From assembly GCA_963663235.2 (NCBI GenBank), contig CAXXNO010000011.1, forward strand, positions 1 through 64,000: a DNA stretch of 64,000 bases, in the 5' to 3' direction. This DNA comes from Dehalococcoidia bacterium. GTDB lineage: Bacteria; Chloroflexota; Dehalococcoidia; Bin125. The notes below the pieces were generated by a model. The model saw only the letters and a list, made by a program, of their open reading frames with translations. It made no database searches and had not been told where the DNA came from. Made by a program: the position numbers and the translations under genes. Every line of letters starts with the position of its first letter. Position 1 is the stretch's first letter. Positions 51,789-62,055 of the stretch are shown piece by piece.

Positions 51789-52163
51789 CTACGCGGACGG
51801 GCCATCGTCCCTGGCGGCCTCGTCCGGCGCGATGTCGCCAACATCCTCTGCGGTCCCCACCCCGCCGAACGGGGGTTCTCGGTTCAGCACCACGTCCTTG
51901 TACCACCAGCCGTCTACCGCGTCGCGGCGGAATTCGGCCACCAGGCGGTGCTTGTATCGCACCTTCAGATCGGTCCCCAGGTCCACGTCGTCTCCCTCGA
52001 TCTCCAAGAGGTGGTCCACACCTGTGATCTTGATGACGACGCGGGCCACCTCCCGGGGCCCGATCTTTTCCGGGATCCGCCCTTCCACGTTGGTGTCGTC
52101 GTCCTTGGCGGCGCTGGGGGGCGAGGCCGTCCCGGCATCCGGTTGTGTCGTCATCGTTGGCAT
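51789..52163 (-). CDS. Hypothetical protein
   Basis: Acidic, protein-like ORF with purine-rich upstream sequence. Confidence 0.6.
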   Translation of the reverse strand: MPTMTTQPDAGTASPPSAAKDDDTNVEGRIPEKIGPREVARVVIKITGVDHLLEIEGDDVDLGTDLKVRYKHRLVAEFRRDAVDGWWYKDVVLNREPPFGGVGTAEDVGDIAPDEAARDDGPSA

Positions 52164-52265
52164 CTCTTTCCGCCGCCGCTCGCCGCAATCTCCTGGGGCT
52201 TGCTATTGTTTCACGCGGCGGATCGCGCGAGCAAATCGCGCCGCTGATACAGGAGGAGGAGCACC

Positions 52266-52928
52266 TTGGCAACAATCGGATTCATCGGTGGCACGGGACC
52301 GGAAGGCTTGGGCTTGGCGATGCGGTTCGCCCTGGCCGGGGAGGCCGTGCGGATCGGATCCCGCCGCCAGGAGCGCGCGGCGGAGGCCGCCGACAAGGTC
52401 CGCACCGCGGTCGAACAGGCGGGCGGCGCCGCGAACGTCGACGGCGGGGTGAACCGGGACGTAGTGAAGGGCAGTGACCTCATCGTCGTCGTGGTGCCGT
52501 TCGACGGGCATGCGGACACGTTGCGTGATCTCAGCGACGCCATCGGCGATAAGCTCGTCATCGATGCCGCCGTGCCGCTGGTGTTCCGGGACGGCGTGCC
52601 GGGTGCAGAGCTGGTCGCGGAGGGCAGCGCCACGGAGCAAGCCCAGGCGCTTCTGCCGAACGCACGCGTGGTCGGCGCCTTCCACAACCTGAGCGCCGTG
52701 AAACTCCAGGACCTGGCGAAAGCGATGGAGGGCGACGTGCTCGTCACCGGCGACGACGGCGACGCCAAGCGCCAGGTCATGCAGCTCACGGGGACGATCG
52801 CCAACCTGCGCGCCGTTGATGCCGGCCCCTTGTCCATGTCCCGCTTCGTCGAGGACATCACCGCGTTGATCTTGGGCATCAATCGCCGCTACAAGGCGCA
52901 CGCCGCCGTTAAGATGGTCGGCATCTAG
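52266..52928 (+). CDS. npdG: NADPH-dependent F420 reductase
   Basis: IGGTGPEGLGLA, IGSR, EGSATEQ, GAFHN, VDAGPL; RBS AGGAGG. Confidence 0.93.
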   Translation: MATIGFIGGTGPEGLGLAMRFALAGEAVRIGSRRQERAAEAADKVRTAVEQAGGAANVDGGVNRDVVKGSDLIVVVVPFDGHADTLRDLSDAIGDKLVIDAAVPLVFRDGVPGAELVAEGSATEQAQALLPNARVVGAFHNLSAVKLQDLAKAMEGDVLVTGDDGDAKRQVMQLTGTIANLRAVDAGPLSMSRFVEDITALILGINRRYKAHAAVKMVGI

Positions 52929-52946
52929 TGAGAGACGGCGGGCGTT

Positions 52947-53720
52947 GTGGCTGATCCGGGAACCCTGCCGATGGACATTCGCGTCCTGGCCGTGAGCGGC
53001 GTTCCGGAAGTCCACCCCGGCGATGACCTGGCCGCCTTGCTTGACGGCGCGCTCACGGCACAGCGCTTGTCCCTGGAAGCCGGCGATGTCTTGGTCGTCA
53101 CGCAGAAGATCGTGAGCAAGGCGGAGGGCCGGATCGTGCGACTGGACGGTGTCACGCCGCGCCCGGAGGCTGAACAGTTCGGGGCGGACTGGGACCGAGA
53201 CCCCCGGCAGGTGGAAGTCGTGCTGCGCGAGAGCGTGCGCATCTTGCGGATGGAGCGCGGCGTGATCATCTCAGAGACCACGCACGGCTGGATCTGCGCC
53301 AATGCGGGGGTGGACGCCTCCAACGTCGGCGGGGGCGAGTCCGTGACGTTGCTGCCGGACGACGCCAGCGCCTCCGCCGGGCGAATCCGCCGCGGCCTGG
53401 TGCAGCGCGCCCGGCCCGACGTCGCCGTGCTGGTAACCGACACCTTCGGGCGCCCCTGGCGCGAAGGCGTCACCAACGTCGCGATCGGTGTGAGCGGGAT
53501 GAACCCACTCCATTCCTACGTGGGCCAGCGCGATGCCGAAGGCTACGATCTGCAAATGACGGTCATGGCCACCGCGGACGAGATCGCCGGCGCGGCGGAA
53601 CTGGTGATGAACAAGCTGGACCAGGTTCCTGCCGCCGTGGTCCAGGGCCTCAACGTCCCTGTGGCGGAATTCGACCACCGCCCGCTGCTGCGTCCGCCGG
53701 ACATGGACCTCTTCCGCTAG
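52947..53720 (+). CDS. cofE: Coenzyme F420-0:L-glutamate ligase
   Basis: TQKIVSKAEG, ANAGVDASN, TDTFGRPWREG, DLFR. Confidence 0.95.
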   Translation: MADPGTLPMDIRVLAVSGVPEVHPGDDLAALLDGALTAQRLSLEAGDVLVVTQKIVSKAEGRIVRLDGVTPRPEAEQFGADWDRDPRQVEVVLRESVRILRMERGVIISETTHGWICANAGVDASNVGGGESVTLLPDDASASAGRIRRGLVQRARPDVAVLVTDTFGRPWREGVTNVAIGVSGMNPLHSYVGQRDAEGYDLQMTVMATADEIAGAAELVMNKLDQVPAAVVQGLNVPVAEFDHRPLLRPPDMDLFR

Positions 53721-53737
53721 CGCCGCACCGCCGGCGA

Positions 53738-54106
53738 TCAGCGTTGCCCCGGCATCCCGCCCTTGGAGTTGTCGATGAGGCCGACGATGTTGCCGTCCGG
53801 GTCGTTGAGGGTGACGAGACGGCCGGGCGGGATGTCGAACGGCGCTTCCTCGTTGAACTGGTAACCGCGGCCGCGGAGTTCCTTGAACGCCGCGTCGACG
53901 TCATCTACTAGGAACCAGACACCCGTCCCGCCCCGCCCTGTCTCGGGCGAGGCTTGCCCCAGGATCAAGTAAGCGTGCTCAGCGAACTTGAAATAGGGCG
54001 CATCGAACGGGGTCGGCTCGATGCCCAGCAGATCGGCGTACCACTTGCGTGACGCCTCGACGTCACCGACCCACTGGAGCACGGTCTCAATCCGCTGCGC
54101 CCGCAT
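53738..54106 (-). CDS. VOC/glyoxalase family protein
   Basis: VGDVEAS...FLVDDVDA...DPDGNIVGL; start MRAQRI. Confidence 0.88.
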   Translation of the reverse strand: MRAQRIETVLQWVGDVEASRKWYADLLGIEPTPFDAPYFKFAEHAYLILGQASPETGRGGTGVWFLVDDVDAAFKELRGRGYQFNEEAPFDIPPGRLVTLNDPDGNIVGLIDNSKGGMPGQR

Positions 54107-54767
54107 CACTGCCCCTTTCGTTAGCCGCCGGTGCATCCGGATCCTCGACGGCGGAGAACTCATCGGCGAACTCGCTGTTGAATCGGTCGTTGAGGACCTC
54201 TTCGGCGGCGAGGGCTGCGTCGGTCTCGGCCACAGCGGCTTCGAACCCCGCGACGTCGCCAGCGCCGAGCGCCTCTGCCTGCGCTCGCACCGCCGCCTCC
54301 AACTCTCGCAGCGCCGCAAGGTACTCGGCGTTCCAGACGGCGGCGCGAGAGGGGACACCGCCGCGGGACCCCTCTCCGAAGCGGACCAAGAGCCCGAGCT
54401 CCTCGAACTCTTCGGTCAAGTCGTCGACCCTGGCGGCGGCGGCTTCCGCATTGATCTCGTGCTGCGCACAGGCCGCCGCGTCACCGGCGACGCAGGCATC
54501 ACGGACGTTCCGCGGTGCCAGATGTTCGAAGCTGGCCACCAAACGACTCCGGAGGTCGCGCACATCATTGAAGTACGGGGAGTTCTTATCGTCGTCGTCC
54601 GCGAGCACGGTGACGACCACGACGAGAACTAGCAAGGCGGCTATGCCGATCGCTGCGCGCTTGATGGTGAGGCGGCCGAACGGCGACTCGCCGTCCGCGC
54701 CCCACTGGAATCGGCCCTGCCGCCCACTGCCATAGGGATCCGGATCGTACACTGCGCCCCTCAGCAC
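54087..54767 (-). CDS. Membrane-anchored hypothetical protein
   Basis: Single TM helix followed by an acidic helical region. Confidence 0.6.
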   Translation of the reverse strand: MLRGAVYDPDPYGSGRQGRFQWGADGESPFGRLTIKRAAIGIAALLVLVVVVTVLADDDDKNSPYFNDVRDLRSRLVASFEHLAPRNVRDACVAGDAAACAQHEINAEAAAARVDDLTEEFEELGLLVRFGEGSRGGVPSRAAVWNAEYLAALRELEAAVRAQAEALGAGDVAGFEAAVAETDAALAAEEVLNDRFNSEFADEFSAVEDPDAPAANERGSDAGAAD

Positions 54768-54812
54768 CTCACGGGCAGCGTAACGGTTCCGTGGCTCAGG
54801 TACGGCTCGGGC

Positions 54813-55199
54813 TCAGTTGATCACGGCGTCGGCTTCGATCTCCACCAGCCATTCAGACTTGAGCAGCTGTGCCTCGACCGCGGTGCTCGCCGGGCGCACA
54901 TCGCCGAAGAGTTCCCCGTGCGCCTTCGCGATCGCTTCCCAGTCACGCTTGAGGTTCGTCGCAAACACCCGGGTCCGCACCACGTCCGCCAGTGTCGCGC
55001 CGGCCTCCGCCAACGCCGTCTCGATGCGCTGGAACGCCGTGATCGTCTGCGCATAGGCGTCGCCCGGTGCGATCACCTGTCCCGATGCGTCGATCGCTGC
55101 GGTGCCGGAAACGAAGACCTGATTGCCGACTTTTACGGCGCGGGAATAGCCGAACATCGGCTCGTACGGCGACCCGCTCGAGATCCGCTGTCTATCCAT
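54813..55199 (-). CDS. RidA/YjgF family protein
   Basis: GYSRAVKVGNQVFVSGT, DVVRTR, VEIEADA. Confidence 0.93.
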   Translation of the reverse strand: MDRQRISSGSPYEPMFGYSRAVKVGNQVFVSGTAAIDASGQVIAPGDAYAQTITAFQRIETALAEAGATLADVVRTRVFATNLKRDWEAIAKAHGELFGDVRPASTAVEAQLLKSEWLVEIEADAVIN

Positions 55200-55276
55200 G
55201 CGCTCCTCCTCGATCTACGTTGCGAACGCGATCCGGGCCCCATCAGCCTGCGCCGGCGCGAGAGGATGGTAGCAAC

Positions 55277-55804
55277 TTGGACGATTCGCGGACCGCGGAT
55301 GACTACCTCAATCTCACGGACGCGGACCTCGTGCGTCAGTGCAAGGTGGACACCTTCCGCGTCTCCGGACCGGGAGGGCAGCATCGCAACAAAAGGGATA
55401 CCGCCGTGCGGCTGCGTCACGGGCCCACCGGCTTGTCGGCGCAGGCCTTTGAGAGGCGATCCCAGCGCGAGAACCGCGTCAGGGCCCTGCGACGGCTCCG
55501 CGAGCGAATCGCGCTGGAGGCGCGCAGACCGCTGGACCTCTCGACCTACTCGCCGCCGCCGGAGGTGATGGCGCTTCTGCCCTCGGATGGGCGTCCGGCG
55601 ATCGGGCCCCGGGGCTCCGCGTATTGGCCCGCCGTCCGGGAGCTGCTGGATCTCTTCGTCGCCCTGGACTGTTCGGTGAGCGAAACGGCGCAGCGCCTGG
55701 ACGTCAACACCGGCAGACTCTCAAAGGTGCTGACGTCGCAGCCTCACCTCCTGCGCACCGTCAACGCGCTGCGCGCTGCCCGCGCCCAGCGTCCGCTGCG
55801 CTAG
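55277..55804 (+). CDS. Peptide chain release factor-like (GGQ) protein
   Basis: SGPGGQHRNK, AVRLRHGPTG, RSQRENR. Confidence 0.85.
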   Translation: MDDSRTADDYLNLTDADLVRQCKVDTFRVSGPGGQHRNKRDTAVRLRHGPTGLSAQAFERRSQRENRVRALRRLRERIALEARRPLDLSTYSPPPEVMALLPSDGRPAIGPRGSAYWPAVRELLDLFVALDCSVSETAQRLDVNTGRLSKVLTSQPHLLRTVNALRAARAQRPLR

Positions 55805-57198
55805 CGCTGGGCGAGCCAGGCGTGGGCTGCCCGATGACCGCTGCGCACGGCGGACTCCATCGTGGCGGGCCATTCCGTATCGGTCCACGCGCCCGCCAGG
55901 AACAGATTGGGGTAGGGCGTCTCCGCCGGGAGGCGGCGCGCGGCGGCGCCCGCCTCAGGGCGGAAGGTCGCCTCCTGCTCTTTGACCACGCGCCATTCCT
56001 GCACGGTGGCGGCTCGCGCCGCGGGCAAGGCGCGACGCAGCGCGGCGATGGTCGCCTGCGCCACCGCCTCGCGGGGGCGGGCGCTTTCTTCGTAGGCGCC
56101 GCTCAGCGAGCAGGTGAGCCACTGTCCCGGCGTCGATAGCCTCTGAATACCGCTGCGGTTGAACACGTACTGAAGCTGCGGGTCCAGGACCGCTATGAAG
56201 TCCTCCTCCAGCACGGTCCGGTCCAGCCAGATATGCACGTTGACGATCGGTGAGTAGGTAAAGGCGTCCAGCGCGGCCAGTGCCGGATGCCGGCGCCAGC
56301 TTTCCGGTAGCAGCGGCGCAATGTGGTTGGGAGGCAGCGCCAGGACCGCCGCCCCAGTCGCGACGCACGCATCGCCGGAGAGGCGCACGCCGCGCACACG
56401 GTCGCCGTCACACTGCAGCGCCTGCGCACGGCGACCGAGCAGCACACGTCCACCCGCGTCGCGGAGCCGTGCCAGCATGGCGTCCGCGATCGTCGAGAGC
56501 CCGACCGCGGCAAAGCCCAGATCCGCGGCGTGCCGGTCGCGGAGCAAGCCCACCTGAAACACCATGATCGCCTGACGGGCGCTGACACGGTCGGATGAGT
56601 CGTTGCACGTCGGCAGAATGATCAGGTCCCAGAACCGGTCGATGACCGGCTGCGACTGCCCGTGCGCCCGCAACCAGTCGCCGAACGAGCGGTCATCCAG
56701 CTTGCGGCGCCCGGCCGTGCCCATCCACAGCATCGGAGCGATGGCGCGGCTCAGAAGCAGTTTGTCCCGCCAGGACAGGTGGACGTAGCGCAAGAGCGAG
56801 GCGGCCAGGTGGAATGGAGCGGGGATGCCCGGCGGTCCCGCCGCGATGGCGGAACAGCGGCCGCTCGCTGGGTCCAACACGGGTATGCGCAAGCGTCGCT
56901 GCGTCCGAATTTGATCGCGCAGGTCGAGGCGGTCGATCAGTTCGAGGTAAGCGGTGCAGCAGCGCAGATATATGTGCTGACCGTTGTCCAGTTCGACGCC
57001 GGTGGCGCGATCCACGAACGAGAAGGTCTTGCCGCCGACGAACGGACGTCGCTCCACCAACAGCGTGGAGACACCGGCCTCGGCCAAGTCCAGCGCGGCC
57101 GTGAGGCCGGCCAGGCCACCGCCCACCACAACCACGTCGCTCTCGGCGGGCGGATCGGTCAGTGTGGCTTCCGTTTCGGCCAGGCGCCGGTACCCCAC
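55801..57198 (-). CDS. hpnE: Hydroxysqualene dehydroxylase
   Basis: GGGLAGL, LDNGQH, LAGAWTDTEWPATMESAVRSG; operon context. Confidence 0.92.
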   Translation of the reverse strand: MGYRRLAETEATLTDPPAESDVVVVGGGLAGLTAALDLAEAGVSTLLVERRPFVGGKTFSFVDRATGVELDNGQHIYLRCCTAYLELIDRLDLRDQIRTQRRLRIPVLDPASGRCSAIAAGPPGIPAPFHLAASLLRYVHLSWRDKLLLSRAIAPMLWMGTAGRRKLDDRSFGDWLRAHGQSQPVIDRFWDLIILPTCNDSSDRVSARQAIMVFQVGLLRDRHAADLGFAAVGLSTIADAMLARLRDAGGRVLLGRRAQALQCDGDRVRGVRLSGDACVATGAAVLALPPNHIAPLLPESWRRHPALAALDAFTYSPIVNVHIWLDRTVLEEDFIAVLDPQLQYVFNRSGIQRLSTPGQWLTCSLSGAYEESARPREAVAQATIAALRRALPAARAATVQEWRVVKEQEATFRPEAGAAARRLPAETPYPNLFLAGAWTDTEWPATMESAVRSGHRAAHAWLAQR

Positions 57199-58083
57199 AG
57201 GCGCAGCAGGAGCAGCAGGCGGCGCGCCGTTGAGCGACGTACCCGCTCGCTGAAGACGTCATAGTCGCGCTGTTCCATCGTGTTCAAAAGGCTGTGATAA
57301 ACGCCTTGGAGGCCGTTACAGCACATCCGGCTGCGGGGCCCGTCCAGCAAGGGGATCAGGCGCTCGCCGCTGGTGTAGAAGGAGCGGGCCCGCCCCGCGT
57401 AGTCCGCCATCAGTGTTCGAAAGGCCTCGTTGTAGACGCCGGCGAGCAGGTCGGCTTCGGAGTAGCCGTGGCGGACCAGATCCTCGCCCGCCAGGTAGAT
57501 GCGACCGCGTTCAGCGTCTTCCTTGACGTCGCGCATGATGTTGGTCAGTTGCAGCGCCTTGCCCATGTCGATCGCCGCGGCCGTCGCCTCGGCGCGATGG
57601 GCGGCGTCGTAACCGAAGATCTCGATGCAGATCAGCCCAATCGCCGACGCGGCACGATAGCAGTACTGCTCCAGGTCGGCGAAGGTGGCGTAACGGCTCT
57701 GCCGGAGGTCTTGCTCCATCCCCGCGATGAGGTCCAGGAAGTGCTGCTTGGGTATGGCGTAGCGCCTCACGGCGTCGCCCAGGGCGGTCGCCAGCCAGCC
57801 CTCGCCGCTGCCGGTGTACGCGGCGTCGAGCAAGGCGTGCGTCTCGGTGAGGCCCCGCTGCTGCTCAGGGGGCGAAGCGGCGGCGTCCGCGATGTCGTCC
57901 ACCGTCCCCGCGAACGCGTAGGCGGCGTAGATTGCCCGGCGCTTGGGCTTGGGCAGCGAGGCGAAGGCGTAATAGAAGTTGCTAGCGCGACTCTTGGTGA
58001 AGGCGCGACAACGCTCGTAGGCCTCGTCGAGGCTCGGCGGCGATGCGGCCATCGGCGTGGTGGAGGGTGCGCCCACGGCCATC
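57159..58083 (-). CDS. hpnD: Presqualene diphosphate synthase
   Basis: SNFYYAF, DDIAD, YCYRAAS, LQLTNIMRDVKED; start uncertain. Confidence 0.88.
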
Positions 58084-58984
58084 AGCGCGCTCCCAGCCTG
58101 TGGCGCGCCATCGCGCTCAGCGCCAGCGCTCCCTTCCGCCACGCGGAAACGGTGGGCCGGCGCGATAGCACGTCATAGTTCTGCTCTTCGATGCCCCGCA
58201 GCACCGCCCGCCCGCCCGCCGTGAAAAGTTCGAGGTCGATGCGCAGGTCGCGCTCCACAAGGCCGACCAGAGGCAACCCACGGCGGAAGAGCGCCTCCGC
58301 GCGATCGACTTCGAACTGCATCAGCGCGCGGAAGTTGTCGTTGCAGCGACGCTCGCCGATCTGCGCCTCGTCCACGCCGAAGCGGCGCAAATCTTCCAGC
58401 GGCAGGTAGAGCCGGCCCGCGGCGTAGTCGCGCGCCACGTCCTGCCAGTGGTTGGCCAGTTGCAACGCGGTGCAGGTGGCGTCGCCGAGCGCCCGCCGGT
58501 GCCCGTCGCTGTAGCCGAAAAGTCCGAGCACCATGTGCCCCACCGGAGTGGCGGAGTAGTCGCAGGAGTCCAGGACGTCTTGGAATGTGGGGTAGCGAGT
58601 CTGACGTTGATCCCGCCGGTTGGCCTCGATCAGGCGCCGAAAGCAGTCGATCTCCAGGGGGTACCGCTCGGCCGCCTCACCGAGCGCCACCGTGATCGGA
58701 TGGTGGCCCCGCCCCGCGAAGCCGCGCTCCAGATCGCGCTCCCATTCGTCCAAGAGGGCCAGTCGGTCGCCGCCGGCCTCGTCGCCCAGGTCGTCCGTGA
58801 AGCGGCAGAAGGCATAAACGGTGTACATCGCCGGGCGCAGGCGCCGCGGCAGGAACCACGAAACGACGGTGAAGTTTTCGGAGTGGCGTCGGGCGTAGCG
58901 TTCGCACCACCGCGCCGCCGTCTGTCGGCCGACCGGCGGATCGCTGTAGCCGGCCTCGATCGGATTGGCGTCTGTTGCGACCAC
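58082..58984 (-). CDS. hpnC: Hydroxysqualene synthase
   Basis: HSENFTVVS, DDLGDE, CTALQLANHWQD. Confidence 0.9.
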   Translation of the reverse strand: MVATDANPIEAGYSDPPVGRQTAARWCERYARRHSENFTVVSWFLPRRLRPAMYTVYAFCRFTDDLGDEAGGDRLALLDEWERDLERGFAGRGHHPITVALGEAAERYPLEIDCFRRLIEANRRDQRQTRYPTFQDVLDSCDYSATPVGHMVLGLFGYSDGHRRALGDATCTALQLANHWQDVARDYAAGRLYLPLEDLRRFGVDEAQIGERRCNDNFRALMQFEVDRAEALFRRGLPLVGLVERDLRIDLELFTAGGRAVLRGIEEQNYDVLSRRPTVSAWRKGALALSAMARHRLGAR

Positions 58985-59032
58985 GATCGGCGGCTCCGTT
59001 TCGTCGCGGCGATTGTAAGGGATGGGGACGCG

Positions 59033-60958
59033 CTACCGGGACGCCGTCGCGCGGCGGTAGCGCCCCAAGGCCATCAACGGAAAGTAGTGCCGGTACAGGT
59101 GGTAGTTAAGCATGAAGTCCCCGGGGAAGCCGGTACCGGTGAATTCCGGCTCGTCCCAGGTGCCGTCCGACCTCTGACGCCCCATCAGGTAGCGGACTCC
59201 GCGCGTCGCCGCCTCCGACTCCGCCTCTCCCGCCGCGATCAGCGCCAGCAGCGCCCAGGCAGTCTGCGACGGGGTGGATGGCCCGGCGCCCCGCAGGTCG
59301 GGCTGTGCGTAGGTTTCGCAGCCCTCGCCCCAGCCGCCGTCGGGCTGCTGGTGCCGCCGTAGCCATTCGACTGCGCGACGCACCGCCGGCTGCTCCAGTG
59401 GCTCGCCGATCGCCGCCAGCGCGGGCAACGCCGCGCCGATGCCATAGATGTAGTTAACGCCCCAGCGTCCCCACCACGATCCGTCGGCCTCCTGGAGCCG
59501 AGAGAGGAAGCGCAGCCCGCGCTTCGCCGGCGGGTACTCCGCTCGGTAGCCGAGGCGGCCCAACAGCTCCAGCACGTGGGCGCTCACGTCGGCCGTCGGC
59601 GGATCCAGGGTCGCACCGAAATCTGCGAACGGGATCTCGGTCAGGAACTCCTTGTCGTTGTCGACGTCGAACGAGCCCCAGCCGCCGTTCCGGCATTGCA
59701 TCGACAGCGTCCAGCGCAAGCCACGGTCGATCGCCTTCCGCTTGGCGGCGGCGTCCGGAACGTCGATGTCGTCGAGCGCGATCATCACGATCGCCGCGTC
59801 GTCGATGTCGGGGTAGCTGTCGTTCTCGAACTCAAACGCCCAGCCGCCGGGCGCTGTGTCGGGGTTCTTCACCTGCCAGTCACCGCCCCCGTAGATCTGC
59901 TCGTGCAGGAGCCACTCGCCCGCGCGGACCAGCGCGGGATCATCGGCGGCGGTCTCGGCGTCCCGCAGCGCCATGCAGGCGAGCGCCGTGTCCCAGACGG
60001 GTGAGAGGCACGGCTCCGTCCACAGCATGCCGTCGTCATCATGGGTGAAGGTCTCGAAGCCGCGGAGCGCCTTTTGGATCACTGGGTGGTCCAGGGGATA
60101 GCCCAGCGACCGCAGCGCGAGGATCGCGTAGACCCACGGGGGCTGGATGCCACCCCAGGATCCGTCGGCCTCCTGCCGGTCCAGCAGCCAGCGCTCCGCC
60201 GCCTTCAGCGCCCGACGCTGAAACGGCTTGAGGTGGTGGCGGTCTATGGCGCGCAGCAGCTTGTCGACGGAATAGAAGAACCCGCTCCAGGAGGCGATCC
60301 GCCGCGGCCGAGCGACGGCGAAGCGGCCGCGCTCCGCCGGGTCCCGCCACAACTCTTGCACGCCCGCGCCGGCGGGCAGCGTCGCGGTGGGTCGCAGTGT
60401 GAAGACCACCGTGATCCCGACGATCGTGGCCCGCGCCCACGAGGCGAACTCATACAGGTTGAGCGGGAACCATGTCGGCAGCAGATTGGTCCAGACCGGC
60501 ATCGCCGGAAGTTGCTCCCAGTCGAACTGGTCGAAGAGCGCCAGCCAGAGCTTGGTGAAGATCCGGGCCTCCGCGATGCCGCCTTGGTCCAGGATCCACT
60601 CGCGAGCGCGCACCATATGGGGGGCGCTGGGATCCTCGCCCGCGATCTTCAGCGCGAAGTACGCTTCGATCGAGGTACTCAGCTCGCCCGGGCCGTTGTA
60701 CCACTGCGACCAGTAGCCCTGCGGGTGTTGGTGGCGGCGCAGATACTCGCCGATTTTGGCCCAGCGCGCCGGATCCCCGATGCCCAGATGGTGCGTCAGC
60801 AGGAGGTACTCGGCGGTGATGGAGGCGTTCGCCTCCAGCTCGCCCCACCAGTAGCCGTCTTTGGTTTGGCGCTCCAGCAGCCAGCTGCGCCCCTTGGCGA
60901 TGGCGCTCGTCAGGCCGGCCTGTTCCACCGGAACCGCTGCGCCGACCAAGTCCGACAC
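59033..60958 (-). CDS. shc: Squalene-hopene cyclase
   Basis: YPDIDD (DxDD), SPVWDT, QW repeats, TGTGFP. Confidence 0.96.
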   Translation of the reverse strand: MSDLVGAAVPVEQAGLTSAIAKGRSWLLERQTKDGYWWGELEANASITAEYLLLTHHLGIGDPARWAKIGEYLRRHQHPQGYWSQWYNGPGELSTSIEAYFALKIAGEDPSAPHMVRAREWILDQGGIAEARIFTKLWLALFDQFDWEQLPAMPVWTNLLPTWFPLNLYEFASWARATIVGITVVFTLRPTATLPAGAGVQELWRDPAERGRFAVARPRRIASWSGFFYSVDKLLRAIDRHHLKPFQRRALKAAERWLLDRQEADGSWGGIQPPWVYAILALRSLGYPLDHPVIQKALRGFETFTHDDDGMLWTEPCLSPVWDTALACMALRDAETAADDPALVRAGEWLLHEQIYGGGDWQVKNPDTAPGGWAFEFENDSYPDIDDAAIVMIALDDIDVPDAAAKRKAIDRGLRWTLSMQCRNGGWGSFDVDNDKEFLTEIPFADFGATLDPPTADVSAHVLELLGRLGYRAEYPPAKRGLRFLSRLQEADGSWWGRWGVNYIYGIGAALPALAAIGEPLEQPAVRRAVEWLRRHQQPDGGWGEGCETYAQPDLRGAGPSTPSQTAWALLALIAAGEAESEAATRGVRYLMGRQRSDGTWDEPEFTGTGFPGDFMLNYHLYRHYFPLMALGRYRRATASR

Positions 60959-62055
60959 TAGTGCTCCCGCTGTAGGAGGAAGTCGGCCACGGCGCCGAAC
61001 TCCCGCTGGCCTTCCGGCGAAAGGCCGCAGCCATCGAGCTCAGATACGAACGCCTGGTACTCCTTATGGGCCGCTTGGGTGGTGGCGGCGGCCGCGTCGA
61101 CCGAGTTCATGACGGCCAACACCGCTTGCACGTCGTCGTCCGAGAGTTCGGACTGCCGGTACGTGCGCCGCAGCCTCTCACGCTCCGGCTGCCCCGCGGC
61201 GGCGAAGGTGTACACCACCGGGAACGATTTCTTGCGGCGCCGGATGTCGTTGTCGCTGGACTTGCCCGTCATCGCGCTATCGCCCCAGATACCCAGGTAG
61301 TCGTCGCGGATCTGAAACAGCAACCCCAGCCGGCGGCCCGCGACGCGGAGGCGCGCGGCCAGGTCGGGATCGCCGCTGGCCAGCAGCCCGCCCAGTTGCA
61401 GGCTGCACCCCATCATCGCGCCGGTCTTCCGCTCGATCATGTCCAGGTAGTCCGCCAGCGTGACCTCCGTTCGCTCCTCGAACGTCAAGTCTAGGTACTG
61501 CCCCTCAATCATCTCGAGGCCGGCGGCGCTGAGCGCATCGAGCGCCGCGATGACCGACGCCGCGGGAGCTCCGGCGAGTCCGGCTCGCTGCAAGGCGAAC
61601 TGCGCCAACTCACGCAGCGCATCACCGACGTTGATGCCCTGGGCCTTGCCCCATTGCACCCACACGGTGGGTCGATGGTGCCGTTCGCGATCCCCGTCCT
61701 GGATGTCGTCATGCACGAGGCTGTAGTTGTGCACGAACTCGACCGCCGCCGCGCCGGCCAGCGCGCGATGCTGAGCCGCCTCGGTGCCCTCCAGCGCGTC
61801 CGCGGCGAGGAGGCAGAGCGCGGGCCGCATGCCTTTACCGGCGCTCTGATCACGGGGGCTCCCGTCGGCCTCCTGCCAGCCCAGGTGGTAGCGCAGCATC
61901 TCGTAGATCGGGAGGGTGCGGCCGTCGAGCACCGCCTGCATCTCCCGCAGGACCATCGGCCGATACCGCTGCAGTGCCGCTGGCATCTCCACGGCGCTGT
62001 CCGCCCCCCCGACGACGAATCGTAGCGCGGTTAGCCGCTCTGCGTGCTCCGGCAT
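60958..62055 (-). CDS. Polyprenyl (FPP/GGPP) synthase
   Basis: GKGMRP, VHDDIQD, FQIRDD motifs. Confidence 0.92.
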   Translation of the reverse strand: MPEHAERLTALRFVVGGADSAVEMPAALQRYRPMVLREMQAVLDGRTLPIYEMLRYHLGWQEADGSPRDQSAGKGMRPALCLLAADALEGTEAAQHRALAGAAAVEFVHNYSLVHDDIQDGDRERHHRPTVWVQWGKAQGINVGDALRELAQFALQRAGLAGAPAASVIAALDALSAAGLEMIEGQYLDLTFEERTEVTLADYLDMIERKTGAMMGCSLQLGGLLASGDPDLAARLRVAGRRLGLLFQIRDDYLGIWGDSAMTGKSSDNDIRRRKKSFPVVYTFAAAGQPERERLRRTYRQSELSDDDVQAVLAVMNSVDAAAATTQAAHKEYQAFVSELDGCGLSPEGQREFGAVADFLLQREH

